Source of the DNA: Felis catus
Taxonomy: Eukaryota
Direction of reading: 5' to 3'
NCBI RefSeq assembly: GCF_018350175.1
Contig: NC_058368.1
Location: 149,670,001-149,734,000 of the forward strand
Length of the DNA: 64,000 nucleotides
Shown piece after piece: positions 1-13,396 of this stretch. Both the position numbers and the translations under genes were made by a program. The stretch's first letter is position 1; each line of letters begins with the position of its first letter. The notes under the pieces are model-generated. The model had not been told where the DNA came from and ran no database searches. It saw nothing but the letters and a program-made list of their open reading frames with translations.

Positions 1-180
1 AGAAGAGCTTGAATGGGCAAGGGGCAGAGAGAGAGAGAGAGAGAGTCACAAAATCTGAAGCAGATTCCAGGCTCTAAGCTGTCAGCATAGAGCCCAATGC
101 AGGGCTTGAACTCACGAACTGTGAGATCATGACCTGAGCTGAAGTCAGACACTTAACCGACTGAGCCACGCAGGCACCCC
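1..180 (-). mobile_element. Carnivore tRNA-derived SINE (CAN-SINE/SINEC), cut by window edge
   Basis: Reverse complement of SINE head ('actgagccacgcaggcacccc' ending at 180) plus (GA)n tract. Confidence 0.9.
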
Positions 181-1297
181 AGGATATATATATTTTTTAA
201 TCTCTGTTTTGGAGTGAATGGTAAAACACAAAGTGAAAAGGCAAATAAATTCTAGAGAAGAAAAATCAATCTAGAATTCTAAGAGGTAGACAACCAAAAA
301 ATAAATAAGAAAAGTAAGAAGAACAAAAGCTATTCAAGTAATAGTCTTCAATATTTTTGTTTTTTAAATAAAACTTTGTATTATTTTTGTTGAAAACTGC
401 ACTGAATGCAAATTTCCACTTTCACATGAAACAAATATGGTGATGATAATTCACACTGAAAGAAAACACTAAAGCAAACCTGTTTCTGATAGTTAATGTT
501 TAAGTTTGTTTTTTGGTCACAAAAACAGGCATGTACCTATACAAAGGCTGAAAATAGGACATTTTTTTTAAGGTAATGATTCACAAAAGACTATAAATTT
601 AACATGTAACTGGTTAATACAACTCTAATAATAATTGTTCAAATAGTCACATCTTACAGCACATCTGAAGTGTTCTTATAAATATTACAGGGAGAAAATA
701 ATATTTTCTTAAAGTCTAAAAGAGTGAGTTTGTCCATAGACTAAATGACCATAAAAAGTCTTTCCTGAGACATTAAAAAAAACGCATCGTTATTCTCCGT
801 GAAACTTTTCAATTCAAAACTTTCCACATAATAAAATAACTGAGGATCTGAAACTGAGAAAATAGATTTGGGAAGAAACTATTTGTGACACTTGATACTT
901 TTTCTTTATTTCTTTATTTTTTTTTTCATCATCCAAGGGTATCACCACACTTACAACAACCTTTCCTGTTTAGCGTGCATTTCAGGTGTTAGAGACACCT
1001 CTCCACAGGATACCCTACTGTCTTCAGTGCTATCTCAGTGCTCTGCTTACAACTGCCTAACACAGCCCAAGAATTTTTTGTGGTAATTTAATCTTCCTAT
1101 CAGCAAAGTAGGTCACCAACCTTCATGTATCATAGGATGGGGATTTCCTCTTCATATTTTTATTTTAATGTTTGGAACTCCTTTTGCAACATTCTAGAGC
1201 AAGGCGCTCAGGACCTGCTGTGCCCAAGGGACTGACAAAGGAAGAGGATCTATTTATTACTTGTGCAGAGATACAGTCTTTAAAAACAATGTTATTA

Positions 1298-1412
1298 TGG
1301 GCTCCCAAGTGGCTCATTCGGTTGAGCATCCAACTCTTAATTTCGGCTCAGGTCATAATCTCACGGTTCATGGGATCGAGCCTGCATCGGGCTTCACTTT
1401 GATCATGCAGCC
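1298..1412 (+). mobile_element. SINEC 5' fragment
   Basis: 'gggctcccaagtggctcattcggttgagcatcc...ggctcaggtcataatctcacggttcatgggatcgagcc'; no (CT)n or poly(A) tail. Confidence 0.8.
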
Positions 1413-3459
1413 CCCAATTTCATGGTAATGAGACAACTTTTCATCAAAGAAGGAAAATTTACTTTAATGGCTTCCTAAAATGTACTGAGCTTCGATAAAG
1501 GTTATTATGAAACATCTCCCTAAACAATGTCTATGAGCATACTCAGTTAAATTTTGTATATACAGATGTTAGGATCTCATGGGATTTATTCCACCTTGAA
1601 AAAAACAAATATTGAGACAAGATAATGGCTTGCAATGTCTTAGCATTAATTGATTTTTTTTCTTACAGTTTCTAACCACATCCTCTACCAAACTACTCTC
1701 CTGTAGTTTCTGTATGTTTCTTGTAAGCAGCGATGATCTTCAAATATTCAAATATTATTTTTAATGATCTAATAGTTATAAGTTAAAGAAGTATAAAATA
1801 ACATAAGGTATTAGTAATTATCATTATACTTTGAATAATATTTCCTACTTTATTATGGCTGAATTATGATCTTTAAGAACACAGCCGCAGTTGCTTTTTC
1901 CACATGTTCTGTAAGCAAACACCACAAATTATATCTACTGTTAGTGAGTGTACTATCTCCTTTTGACACTGATACCACAAAGATTTGTGTGCCAATAATA
2001 GTCATTATAATAAACCTATAAAAAGATTGGGAACAATGATTTTTCACCAATCTAAGATTGAATTTGAGCAATTATAATCATTTAATTTTTTAACATAAGA
2101 AATTTAAATTTAAATATTTAAAGATAAACTATTTAGTGGAATTAAATGGAAAAATATTTAAAACTAAATATTTAAATGTAAAAGTATCTACAGAAAAATT
2201 TAGTGATTACATAATATATTCAGAGTTCAGTGAATAAAGTGGTTAAAGGAGAAATCATTGAGAAATATTCTATCTTGTTATTTTGACACATAGTAGTAAA
2301 TATTATATTTATTTTTTAAGCATCAACACAAAAGAAAAACTAAAGGAGAAAAATAGAAAATTTGAACAACGCTAGGCAACTGACTTCCAAAAAATATGTA
2401 AGAATATTTTAACAACTCTTCCTAAGGCTATACCTAATTAAAATACAATAAAAAAATTATCCACATAATTCCGGTATTCATTAAGTCCCACCCTTTTTTG
2501 AATAGCCAGTGAATAAAATGTTAGGTTTTGGAGGTTAATAACAGGATATAGCCCATATTTTACATAACCAGACAGAGTCAAAGAAAAAGCAGGCAGCAAT
2601 AAAATGCTCAGTTCTGACCTGTTAATTCTTCAAAGTTTGAACCAGCTGACAACACAAATTGACACATCTCATGAGGAGGTAGTCCTGTTGAAATATAATT
2701 ACCCTTGAATTTTTGTGAAAAAGAGTGAATGTGAACACTAAAAATTCACAATCTGGTAAATGAAATATATTTGACAATTACCCCCCCTGGGTGAGTATAT
2801 TGGGTGAAACTCTGACTTCTATGCTTGCCTTAGGCTCCTACTGAGGTCAGATGAGTACAGAATTGGGTTGAATGTTCAAAATCGTAGAAACTGTTCTAAA
2901 TACCCCAATTAGAAAGGGAGGAAATTTTCTGTAAATTGGAGGATTCTATTCTGTATCACTACTACCTGAATTCTTCAATATGACAAGGAGATGAGGAAAA
3001 CTATTTAATGTTTATATCTATTTTGGAAGGAAGGAAAGAAGGAAAAGAGGGAAGGGGCGGGAAGGGCAGGGAACGGTAGGAGGGAGGGAAGAAGTTTACA
3101 TGATTCACAGTTTCCCCATGATATGATTACATTTATCTTGTCATATAGGATAACTATTATCAGAATCTTCATAGTAGGGGCCTGACCTAGGCAACAATGC
3201 TGTCACAAATTAATTTTTGAGGACTTTGTACCACATATTCTATGTACACTTCATCAGTGACTTTTCCCTTACCAGTGTTTCTTTTCCTATCAAATAGGTT
3301 TCCTCTCAAAAGTTAACTATGATGATAAGTAAAATGTTCACTAATATGACTTGATGGTTACTTAGTCATTTGCATTTCACTATTGATCATTTGAAAACTG
3401 AAATGACCCACAGATCCAAGGAAGGAAAGTTGTAAATCATTTGTTCCTCATTCACTCCC

Positions 3460-4183
3460 TGGGGCAGATGCTATCAGTGCCCTGTTCATTGTCCCTCAGT
3501 AAAACACCATTCTTATACAGACTCAGTTTCTTTCTACAACACCTGGCAACCTCTGCCTGAGGCTTTCTTGGCCATAGAAACATGCTCAGAAGGAAGGTAA
3601 CAGAGAGTTGATGCCCTCAGCAGCAGCGCTCAGCTAATAAGATTGGGGTTTCTACATCATCTCTCAAAGAAAGCCAGTAGAAATGACCTCTAGTAGCCCA
3701 CAGTGGTAACCTGCTCATTAACAGGTTTTTTTGAGAATCCTTTTTGAGATTCCTTTCCCCTTTTTTGTCTTACTTCTCCACTCTTCCATTGGGGCTTCTT
3801 GGGATTACCTTTCAAATAAACTACTTGCACTTGCATCTTTCTTACTTTATTTTATTTTATTTTATTTTATTTTATTTTATTTTATTTTATTTTATTTTAT
3901 TTTATTTTATTTTATTTTAAATGTTTATTTATTTTTGAGAGAGAGAGAGACAGAGACAGAGCATGAGCAGGGGAGGGGCAGAGACTGCGAGAGACACAGA
4001 ATCTGAAGCAGGCTTCAGTCTCTGAGCTCTCAGCACAGAGCCTGATGTAGGGCTCAAACTCTTGAACCTTAAGATCATGACCTGAGCCGAATCGGACACT
4101 TAACCAACTGAGCCACCAGGCTTCCTGAATGCTTATTTTAGAGTCTTTTCCTCTAAAGTAGCTTGGGAAACCCAACCTAAGAC
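3460..4183 (+). mobile_element. ERVL solo LTR remnant (LTR16-like), interrupted by a SINE
   Basis: 3' motifs 'gggattacctttcaaataaactacttgcact' and 'gggaaacccaacctaagaca' resemble the recalled LTR16-family end. Confidence 0.55.
3846..4126 (-). mobile_element. SINEC with (TTTTA)n-expanded tail
   Basis: Full reverse-strand SINE body; tail is a (TTTTA)n microsatellite at 3846-3918. Confidence 0.92.
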
Positions 4184-4699
4184 ATTCATTCATTCTTTAT
4201 CCAAGAATTTTTATTTAGTATATTCTAGGGGCTAAGAAATGTGACCAGCAACAGGAATCAAATATGAATCCTGAGAACAAGTAAGTGAATATTTTCAAGC
4301 AGGGAGCTATGCTATGCGCTTCCTCAAATTCACAGCATAAGAGATCACCTTCTGTAATTAGCTTGGCTTATTATTGTTCATCATTTCTTCAGTCGAGATC
4401 AGACAATGTGATCTGTGTTCAGGCAATTTTCTTCTTTATCAAGTCATGCTTGGTTTCCTCAGCTCTCTCAGCACCTGTAACACTTCAACCCATTTACTCA
4501 ATTTGGCCATCTCAATTCTCATTTTCACTCCTACCTCTGCAACATTCTCTTGGCTATTCTTCATGACAAAACACTATGTCACATGACAGTAGCCAAAAAG
4601 ACTGTCCCCATTCTCTTTTCCAAAGCCTCCTTCATTGCCATTCGCTTAGGTACTTTCCCTAATGAGGTGAAAGCAATTTCCCAATATTCAGCCATCTTT

Positions 4700-4875
4700 T
4701 TTTTTTTAATGTTTATTTTTGAGCCGGCGAAAGGGGCAGAGAGGGAGACACAGAATCCAAAGCAGGCTCCAGGCTCTGAGCTGTCAGCACAGAACCTGAC
4801 ATGGGGCTTGAGCTCACCAGCTGTGAGATCATCACCTGAGCCACCACTCAACAGACTGAGCCACCCAAGCGCCTT
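4700..4875 (-). mobile_element. SINEC
   Basis: SINE body; TSD ttcagccatcttt at 4687-4699 and 4878-4890. Confidence 0.9.
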
Positions 4876-5520
4876 TGTTCAGCCATCTTTAAATGTCTTT
4901 TACTGGTTCCAGCGTATCATTCCCATGACGAACTACTGACAAATATATTACATTTAAACTACAAATAGTTCCAAGATAGGTATTATTATATGTATTTCAC
5001 AGGTTAGAAATCTATGGCTTTCTGTCTTGAAAGTTTTGATATTTCCATTTATTCTACCATACTCACCCCATGATCACATACAAAGAATTTAAACACATTT
5101 TTCTCACGCTCTTCTTTTTTTTTTTTTTTTTTCCTTTCTCACACTCCTCTTAATCCTTCATGAGAGCTCAAAAGTGGTCAACACCCAAATGATTCTTCTG
5201 GCATTTCAAGAATCATATGCTTATATTTGATTCTCACTGACCTGTTGTTAAGAATATCTTCAAATAAGGTCATGAGTAATAAGCTGTATTCCTTGTGTGT
5301 CACTCATTAGTGTTGTGTTGTCCCTGAATTCAGGAGATAATTCCTGCAAACAAAATTTTTCTCGAAAACTACCTTGGAAATTTTCCAAGGACTCATATGC
5401 CAGTTAACATCTCTGTTTCTGCCACTGAATATCCTTTAAAATATTTGAACTCTCAGTCTCAGGTGGCAAGGCCACCTCCGCCATCAGGCAGTTCATGTGT
5501 ATCACAATACATACAATATG

Positions 5521-5564
5521 CTGGCGAAATGCTTGTGTAGTACTGGCGAAATGCTTGTGTAGTA
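5521..5564. repeat. Perfect 22-bp tandem duplication
   Basis: ctggcgaaatgcttgtgtagta x2 (5521-5542, 5543-5564). Confidence 0.95.
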
Positions 5565-6353
5565 ATTTTTTCTTTGAGAAAAACACTATGTTTTTAGATC
5601 ATATTTTTTCAGGCTGTTTATTTTTTGGAGAACCCAAAAAATAGTACAGATATTAATCTTTCTGCTCGGGTGGGTATCAACCACCATCAGGCCAGTGACA
5701 CCAAAAGAAAAAGACATGGAAACGTGCTAAGCCTGTCAGGTGTGGGACATACAGCACATTCCAAGGAGGGCACGTTAATTGACATCTTGTTTCAGGTCCA
5801 AATCTTCTCTCTGTAAGTAGGATACATAAGCCGAAATAATAATTTGAAAATATTCCAATTCAAATCACCAGTAAGAAAGCCAATATTGCCACAGTGGTTG
5901 TACTGCCGACCATGTCTGTTTCAGCAGTAGAAAGGCACTGCAACAGGTCTGGAAAAGCAAATGGCCAAAGTTAAAACTTAGGAGGGGAATGGAAGTATTC
6001 CTCTTCATCATTTTGCTTCTATAAATCCAAAAGATCCTCAGATAATAAAGAATTGGATTTACTGGCTCCTCATGTTGGGTGTTCAAGATGACTAGAAATG
6101 GGACCATCTGTCGGTGTCAGTGGTTCCAGACCAAAAGAAGATGCTTCCTTTAGAAATGATCATTCAAAAGGATTCAGAAAAGAATGGGATATTTTTAGTA
6201 AGTCATTTACTCAAAACACTTCAGTGGGACTGCTGTAAGAGCAAAAATGAATTTATCCCCAGAGGATATAGTGAAATATTCCTGACTGATAGAAAGACTA
6301 TGACATTTGGAACTAAATATGAAAAACAGAACAAAGCATTAAAATAAGAACAC

Positions 6354-6508
6354 AGGATTGCCTGGGTGGCTCAGTGGCTTAAGCGTCCAACTCTTGATTT
6401 CGGCTCAGGTCATGATCTCACAGTTTGTGAGTTCGCGCTCCATGTGGTCACCACAGAGCCTGCTTCGGATTCTCTCTCCCTCTTTCTCTGCCCCTCCTCT
6501 GCTCACAT

Positions 6509-6547
<39 letters not shown>

Positions 6548-6574
6548 TAAATAAACTTAAAAAAAAATAAAAAA
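6354..6574 (+). mobile_element. SINEC
   Basis: Head, (CT)n, AATAAA and A tail; TSD taaaataagaacac at 6340-6353 and 6575-6588. Confidence 0.92.
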
Positions 6575-7269
6575 TAAAATAAGAACACTTCTTTGTGACT
6601 TACGAATCACAACCACCCAGAGGAACACCAGGAATGAAGAGTAGAGTAGATATAAGAAATAGGAGAGAATGGACAGTTGGCATATACTTGTCACCAGTCT
6701 ACTCAAGGAAGACTCTCTATTATTGCTATCTAGGATAGAAACATGACCTTTACGTTTTTATTACCAGACTTAGAAAAAAGACTAGTGTGGGAAATACACA
6801 TTAGAGCCCATCTCCAATTTTCCTTTCTTTATGTACCATTTTAGCAAGTTGCCAAAATGTTTTGAAGGTGAATTTTAAAGGTTTTTCTTAATGGCTTAGG
6901 GTTATTTAGGATAATGGCCAGTGTTGTTCTCATGAAGTAGAGTACCCACCATAAAACCAAGAGGAATCCACACAAGTAAATGCTTTTTTAAGTTGGAATG
7001 AACTGAGGAAATGGAAGGTAGTGAGATCCTCTAAAAATCATTTTTCAGTGGGAAAAACATGTCTAGCAGCAACAATAACTACTTCTTATGCCTCTAGAAC
7101 TCTGAGAAAATGCTAAGACCAGTAGGGTAACTTTGGAAGTTAATAAACTTGTAATTTAAAAAATAGTATATATAATTTGGAAAAGGTAAACAAACATTTT
7201 TTAAATTTATAATTCAATAATAATCACCATTAATATTTTGAAGAGTTTTTAGTTTTTTTTTCCACATAT

Positions 7270-10200
7270 ATATTTTTTTAATTTGAGATATAATTGGCCT
7301 GTAACATCATATTAGTTTCAGGTATACAATATAATGATTTGACATTTGTATATATTGTGAAATGATTACCTTATTAAATCTAGTTAACACCCATTGCCAC
7401 ACAGTTATAATTCTTTTTCCTTGTGATGAAAACTTTTAAGATCTATTCTCTTAGCAGTTTTCAAATATGCAATACAGCATTATTAACTTTAGTCACAATG
7501 CTGTATATTATATCTCCAGAACTTATTTATTTTACATCTGGACATTTGTACCTTTTCACCACCTTCACCCTTTTTGCCCACCCACCCACCCACCGCTGTT
7601 TCTGAGAACCATCAATCTGTTCTCAGTATCTTTGGTTTTGTTTTTTGATTTTAGATTCTACTTATTCATCAGATCATACTTGTCTTTCTCTGTTTGACTT
7701 ACTTCACTTAGCAGAATTACCTCAAGGTCCATCCATGTTGTAACAGTTGTCAAGATTTCATTCTGTTTTTATGGCTGAATGATATCTCATTGTGTATATT
7801 TACCACATTTTCTTTTATCCATTATTCATTTACCCATTGATGGACACTTAGGGTGCTTCCATGTGTTGGCTGTTTTAAATACCGCAGCAGTGCGCACAGG
7901 GGTGCATGTACCTTTTGGAGTTAGTGTTTACTTTTTCTTTGAATAGGTATCTACAGGTGGAATTGATGGATCATGTGGTAGTTCTATTTTTAATTTTTCT
8001 GAGATACCTCCATGCTGTTTTCCATAGTAGCTGCACCAATTTATACCTACCTACAGTGTGCAAGGCTTCCCTTTTTCTCCACATTCTCACCGGCACTTGG
8101 TATTGCTTGTCTTTTTGATACTAGCCATTCTAACAAGTGTGAGATAATATCTCCATGTGGTTTTCATTTGCCTTTATATGATGAGGAGTAATGTTGAGTA
8201 CTTTTTCACGTACTTGTGGTCTGTGTGCGTGTATTCCTTAGAAAAATGTGTGTTCAGATCTTCTGTCCATTTTTTAAACAATTCTCTGGGTTTTTTGCTA
8301 TTAAGTTGTATGAGTTCTTTATATATTTTAAATGTTAACCCCTTGTCAGATACATGATCTGCAAATATTTCCTCCCATTTAGTAGTTGCCTTTTTATTTT
8401 GTGGATGGTTTCCTTTGCCATGCAGAAGCTTTTTAGTTTGATGTAGTCCCACTTGTTTATTTTTGCTTTTGTTGCCTTTGCTTTTGGTATCAAATCCAAA
8501 AATCATCGTCAAGCTGTATTACCAATGTAAAACAAGCTGTGTTTTCTTCTAGGAGTTTTAGGGTTTTAGGTCTTATGTTCAAGTCTTCAATCCATTTCAA
8601 GTTAATTTTTGTGTAGAGTATAAGACAATGGTTCCAGTTTTATTCTTTTGCATGTGGCTGTCTAGTTCTTTTAATACCATTTATAAAAAGACTGCCCTTT
8701 CCCAAATGTGTATTCTTGGCTCTTTGTCATGTATTAATTGACTATATATACATGAGTTTATTTCTGGACTCTCTACTTTGTTCCATTGGTCCATGTATCT
8801 GTTTTTATGACAATAGTATGTCGTTTAAATTGCTTATAGCTTTAAAATATGGTTTTAAGTCAGAAAACAAAGTCAGCTTTGTTCTTCTTTCTCAAGATTG
8901 CTTTGGCTATTTGGAGTCCTGTGTGGCTCCATACAAATTTCAGGATTATTTTTTCTGTTTCTGTGAAAAGGCCATTGAAATTTCAATAAAGAGTGCATTG
9001 AATCTTAGATTGCTTTGGATACTATAGATGTTTTTAACAATATTAATTTTTCCAATCCATTAAAAGGGAATACCTTTATTTTTATCATCTTCAACTTCTT
9101 TCCTCAATGTATTATAATAAGTTTTCAGTATATAGGTCTTTCACCTCCTTGGTTAAATATATTTCTTGACTTTTTATTCTTTTTGATACAATTGTAAATG
9201 GGATTTTTTTCTTAACTTCTTAATAGTTTCCTGCTTGTTTGTAGAAACACAACAGATTTTTATATATTGATTTTATATTCTACAACTTTACTGACTTGTT
9301 TTATTAGTTCTGATAGTATTTTTGGCGGAATATTTAGGATTTTCTATGCACAATATCCTGTCATCTGCAAATATTGATAGTTTTATTTCCTCTTCTCCAG
9401 TGTTGATGTCTTTTATTTCTTTTTCTTGCCTAATTGCTTTGACAAGACTTCAGTACTTTGTCGAATAAAAGTGATGAAAGTGGCCATCCTTGTCTTATTT
9501 CTGATCTTAAGGATAAGCTTTCAGCTTTTCACTGTTGAGTGTGATGTTAGCTGTCAGCTTATCATATATGAGCTTTGTTATATTGAGGAACACTTGCTCT
9601 ATACCCACTTTATTAAGTGTCTTTATCATAAACGGATGTTGAAGGATGCTGGGGTGGCTCAGTCAGCTAGGTGTCTGACTTCAGCTCAGGTCATGATCTT
9701 GCAGCTTGTGTGTTCAAGCCCCACGTTGGGCTCTGTGCTGACAGCCCTGAGGCTGGAGCCTGTTTCAGATTCTGTGTATGTCTCTCTGCCCCTTCCTCAC
9801 TTGCACTCTGTCTCTCTCTCTCTCAAAAATAAATAAACATATAAAATAAAAATTAAAAATAAATCGATGTTGAATTTTGTCAACTGCTTTTCCTGTATCC
9901 ATGGAGATGGTCATATGATATTTATCCTTCATTTCATTCATGTGGTGTACCACATAGGTTGATTTGCAGGTATTGAACTATTCTTGCGTCCCTGAAATAA
10001 TTCCCACCTGATCATGGTGTATGATCTTTTTAATGTATTGCTGAATTAGGTTTGCTAATATTTAGTTGAGTGTTTTTCCATCTGTGTTCATCAGAAATAT
10101 TGGTCTGTAATTTTCTTCTCTTTCTTGCGGCATCATCTCCTGATTTTGGTATCAGGGCAATGCCTGCCTCAAAAAAAAAAATGGATTTGGAAATGACTCC

Positions 10201-10720
10201 CTCTCCTCATCTATGTTTTGGGAAGAGTTTGAGAATTGGTATTCACTTTTCTTTAAATGTTTGGTAGAAATCACCAATGAAGCCATCTCGTTCCAGACTT
10301 TTATTTGTTAGAAGGCTTTTGATTACTGATCCAATCTCTTACTAGTAACCAGTCTATTCAGATTTTTTATTCATAATTCGGTTTTGGTAGACTGTGTGTT
10401 TCTTGGAAGAAGCTTACCTATTTCTCTAGGTTGTCCGATTTGTTGGTGTGTAGTTTTTCATAGTGATCTCTTATGATTCTTCATATTTCTGTGGTATCAG
10501 TTGTAACACCTCTTCTTTCAATTCTACTTTTATTTATTTGAGTCCTCTGTCTTTCGTTCTTAGTGAATCCAGCTAAAGGTTTGTCCGTTTTATCTCTTTG
10601 AAAGAAAAACAGTTTTACTTTCATTGATCTTTTCCATTTTCCTTTTAGTGTCTATTTTATTTATTTCAACTCTGATCTGTGTTATTTCCTTCCTTTTACT
10701 AACTTTTAGTTTCATTGTCC
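7270..10720 (-). mobile_element. 5'-truncated LINE-1 (L1MA9-like 3' end plus decayed ORF2)
   Basis: L1 3'UTR reverse complement from about 7270; ORF2 remnants 8174..8512(-) and 9765..9953(-, 'MKDKYHMTISMDTGKAVDKIQH'); many stops. Confidence 0.9.
9644..9858 (+). mobile_element. SINEC inserted into the L1
   Basis: SINE body; degenerate TSD ataaacggatgttgaa / ataaatcgatgttgaa. Confidence 0.88.
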
Positions 10721-11679
10721 TTCAGCATATTTTAATATCATAACTGCAATCTTATTGTAAGCATAGTTTGGTAACCTGCTTTTCACTATTGTAATACCAA
10801 TGTTTTATCATGCTTTTGTAAATTTTAATGACAGTACAATATTCCACCGAACAGAAATGCCATGTTTTTCTAACGAATCTTTTACTGATGTTTTTAAGTT
10901 TTTGAATTTCAGATAGTGTTGTGATAAACACACTTTTTCATGAAGTCTTTGTAAATGTCTGATTTGTTTCTTAAGGTTAGCTTCCAGAATTGCAAATACC
11001 AGTTCAAACATTATGAACAGTTTGAAAAATATAAAAGCATAAAGCTAAATTGCTTTCAGATATATTTTCTAATTTACATCCCCACCAGCTGTGTATGCAA
11101 ATTCAGAGACTTTTCAAATAGATCTAAGCCCACTCCACACTAATTCCAAAATAAATTATTATAAGGAAAAAAACTACATTTGCCATTAAATGCTTTTTAA
11201 TGCTTGATATTGCTTTCAAGTTTACTTCAAGTATATAATTACAGAATTTTATTTTAATGGTACTGGTGTTATATGTTTTCAAAGAAGCAAGGAAGACTTA
11301 ACTGCTTTTTAGAAGATTCAGCAAATTTAATAAATGTCAAATTTATTATTCAGTAGTTATATTTACTTTGTAATACATTAAATTAAAAACATATCTAGAA
11401 CGTGTACATATGTCTTATTGAAATTAGAGCATAATGTATATTAATTATATCCACTTATAATTGTCATGTCTTTGCTCATGTGGTCAAAAGTACAATTTGC
11501 TTGGTATTATTCGTTCTTCTGTAATACAACCCCCAATTACATCGTTCCATGGATAAAATTGGCCCTGTTGAAATGATCTTCCTTTATGGTCATTTCCATG
11601 AAGACTTTGTGGTGAATATAAGGTCTTCTTGAACACTTTGAGCAATTTTATGACGCCATACCCCGTTTCATTGTTGTAT

Positions 11680-12260
11680 TCACTTAATAAATAGCTAATG
11701 AGTCCCTTCGCCAGGAAGGCATGGTACTAGAAACTGAGTAGACAAATATGGAAACACCTTGATCTAGAGTGGAGATAGACAAGGCGCTATAAACAGTACG
11801 TCATGGGAGCACAGGAGTCACATTTCAATTCACCAAGAGATATTATTTGAGCTAAGACTTGAAGGATGAGAAGTTGGTCAGAGAATATTGGAAAAACATT
11901 ACAAGCGGTAAGAACGACATATGCAAAGATATACAGACATTTTTTTTTTAAAGCCCAGTGCTTTCTAGGAGCTATAGGTAATAAGGATCAGTGAGTAAAA
12001 CAAGGGTTGAGCTTGGGAGGTTGGGAATAGACACACAGCAGATCGAGTATGCAGGGCCTGTATCACAAAGCATGTGCTATTGTATTGTGAAAGGAGTTTG
12101 GATTTTATTCTGTAGATAATGGGCAACTATTGAAGAAATTTGCATGAAAAAATTTTGTGTCATAATTATAATTCTGGAGTCTATGTAATAAATATTTTGG
12201 AAGTGGAAAAATTCTGTAGGTGACAACATTTGGGAAGTTATAATGAGCCCAGAAGAGACA
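11680..12260 (-). mobile_element. Ancient L2 remnant
   Basis: L2-like motifs 'tgagctaagacttgaaggatgag' and 'aaggagtttggattttattctgtag'; highly diverged. Confidence 0.55.
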
Positions 12261-12640
12261 TTAGTGTTTGTGTTTCAAACAAATAAGGGAAAATAAGGTA
12301 ACAAAATGCTGTATTTTATGAGAAAGGTAGCAAAAGCAATAAGACTTAAGAACTGATTGAATATGGAAGGTGTTCTAAAACCAATTTTGTAAAAATTACC
12401 CAGTGGTGGATTATCCAGTAAGATCTCATTAACTTGTTACAACTGAAGGAAAAGGTTAATTTTAATTGTTTCAAGTCTGAATTACAGAATACTTGCCTAT
12501 AAGAGAAATTTTTAAAATACTTACGCGCAGAAAGTTTGTCAGTCACACTTTGGTGGCATTCAAAAGAGAATGAAGGGGACCTTCATTCATATGGGGAATC
12601 CTTACTCCATCAGACAATATTATTACCAAATTTAAGATGT

Positions 12641-13000
12641 TGTATTGGTTCCTTAGGGCTGCCATAACATAGCACCACAGACTGGATGGTTTACACAACA
12701 GAAATTTATTTCTCACAATTTTGTAGGCTCCAAGTCCAAGATCAAAGTTGATTTCATCCGAGGCCTCTCTCTTTGGCTTGTAGATGGTAGTTTTCTTCTG
12801 GTTTTTCTTCTGTGTGTGCCTCTATCCTAATCTCCTGTTCTTTTAAGGGCACCAGTTATATTGTATTAAGGCCTACTTTAATCGCCTCATTTCACCTTAA
12901 TTATGTCTTGTAGATCCTGTCTCCAAATATAGTCACATTCTGAGATACTGAGTTAGGATTTCAACAGAGGAATTTCAGAGGACACAATTGAACTCATAAT
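12641..13000 (-). mobile_element. MaLR solo LTR (MLT1A-like)
   Basis: 'agggctgccataacatagcaccacagactggatggtttacacaacagaaatttatttctcac...tccaaatatagtcacattctgag' matches the recalled MLT1A reverse complement. Confidence 0.8.
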
Positions 13001-13185
13001 AGATATGGACTGGAATAAATATCTCAAAATGTATTTTCGTTTCCATATCATTAAAATAAAAAGTTAAGAATGAATATCATATGAAGGACATTACATAAAT
13101 CAAGAAAATTTTAGTGAAACAATTTTCTAAAATTAAAGCACTTAAATTCAGTATACCATTCCCAGTTAATGAATGACAGAGTGTC

Positions 13186-13396
13186 TTTTTTTTTAATTAA
13201 TTTATTTATTTTGAGAGAGAGAACACGCACATGCACAAGTTGGGGGAGGGGCAGAGAGAGGGAGAGAGAGAGAGAATTCCAAGCATGCTCTGGGCTGTCA
13301 GCACACAGCCCCACTTGATCCCACAAACTGCAAGATCGTGACCTGAGTGGAAATCAAGAGTCAGAGACTTAACGAACTGAGCCACCCAGGTGCCCT
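13186..13396 (-). mobile_element. SINEC
   Basis: SINE body ending 'gccacccaggtgccc'; flanks agagtgtctt / agaatgtctt. Confidence 0.9.

Noticed and set aside
5797..5812. Possible microexon (tttcag|GTCCAAATCTTCTCTCT|gtaagt)
   Set aside because: Length is not a multiple of 3, no host gene is identified, and such site pairs are common by chance
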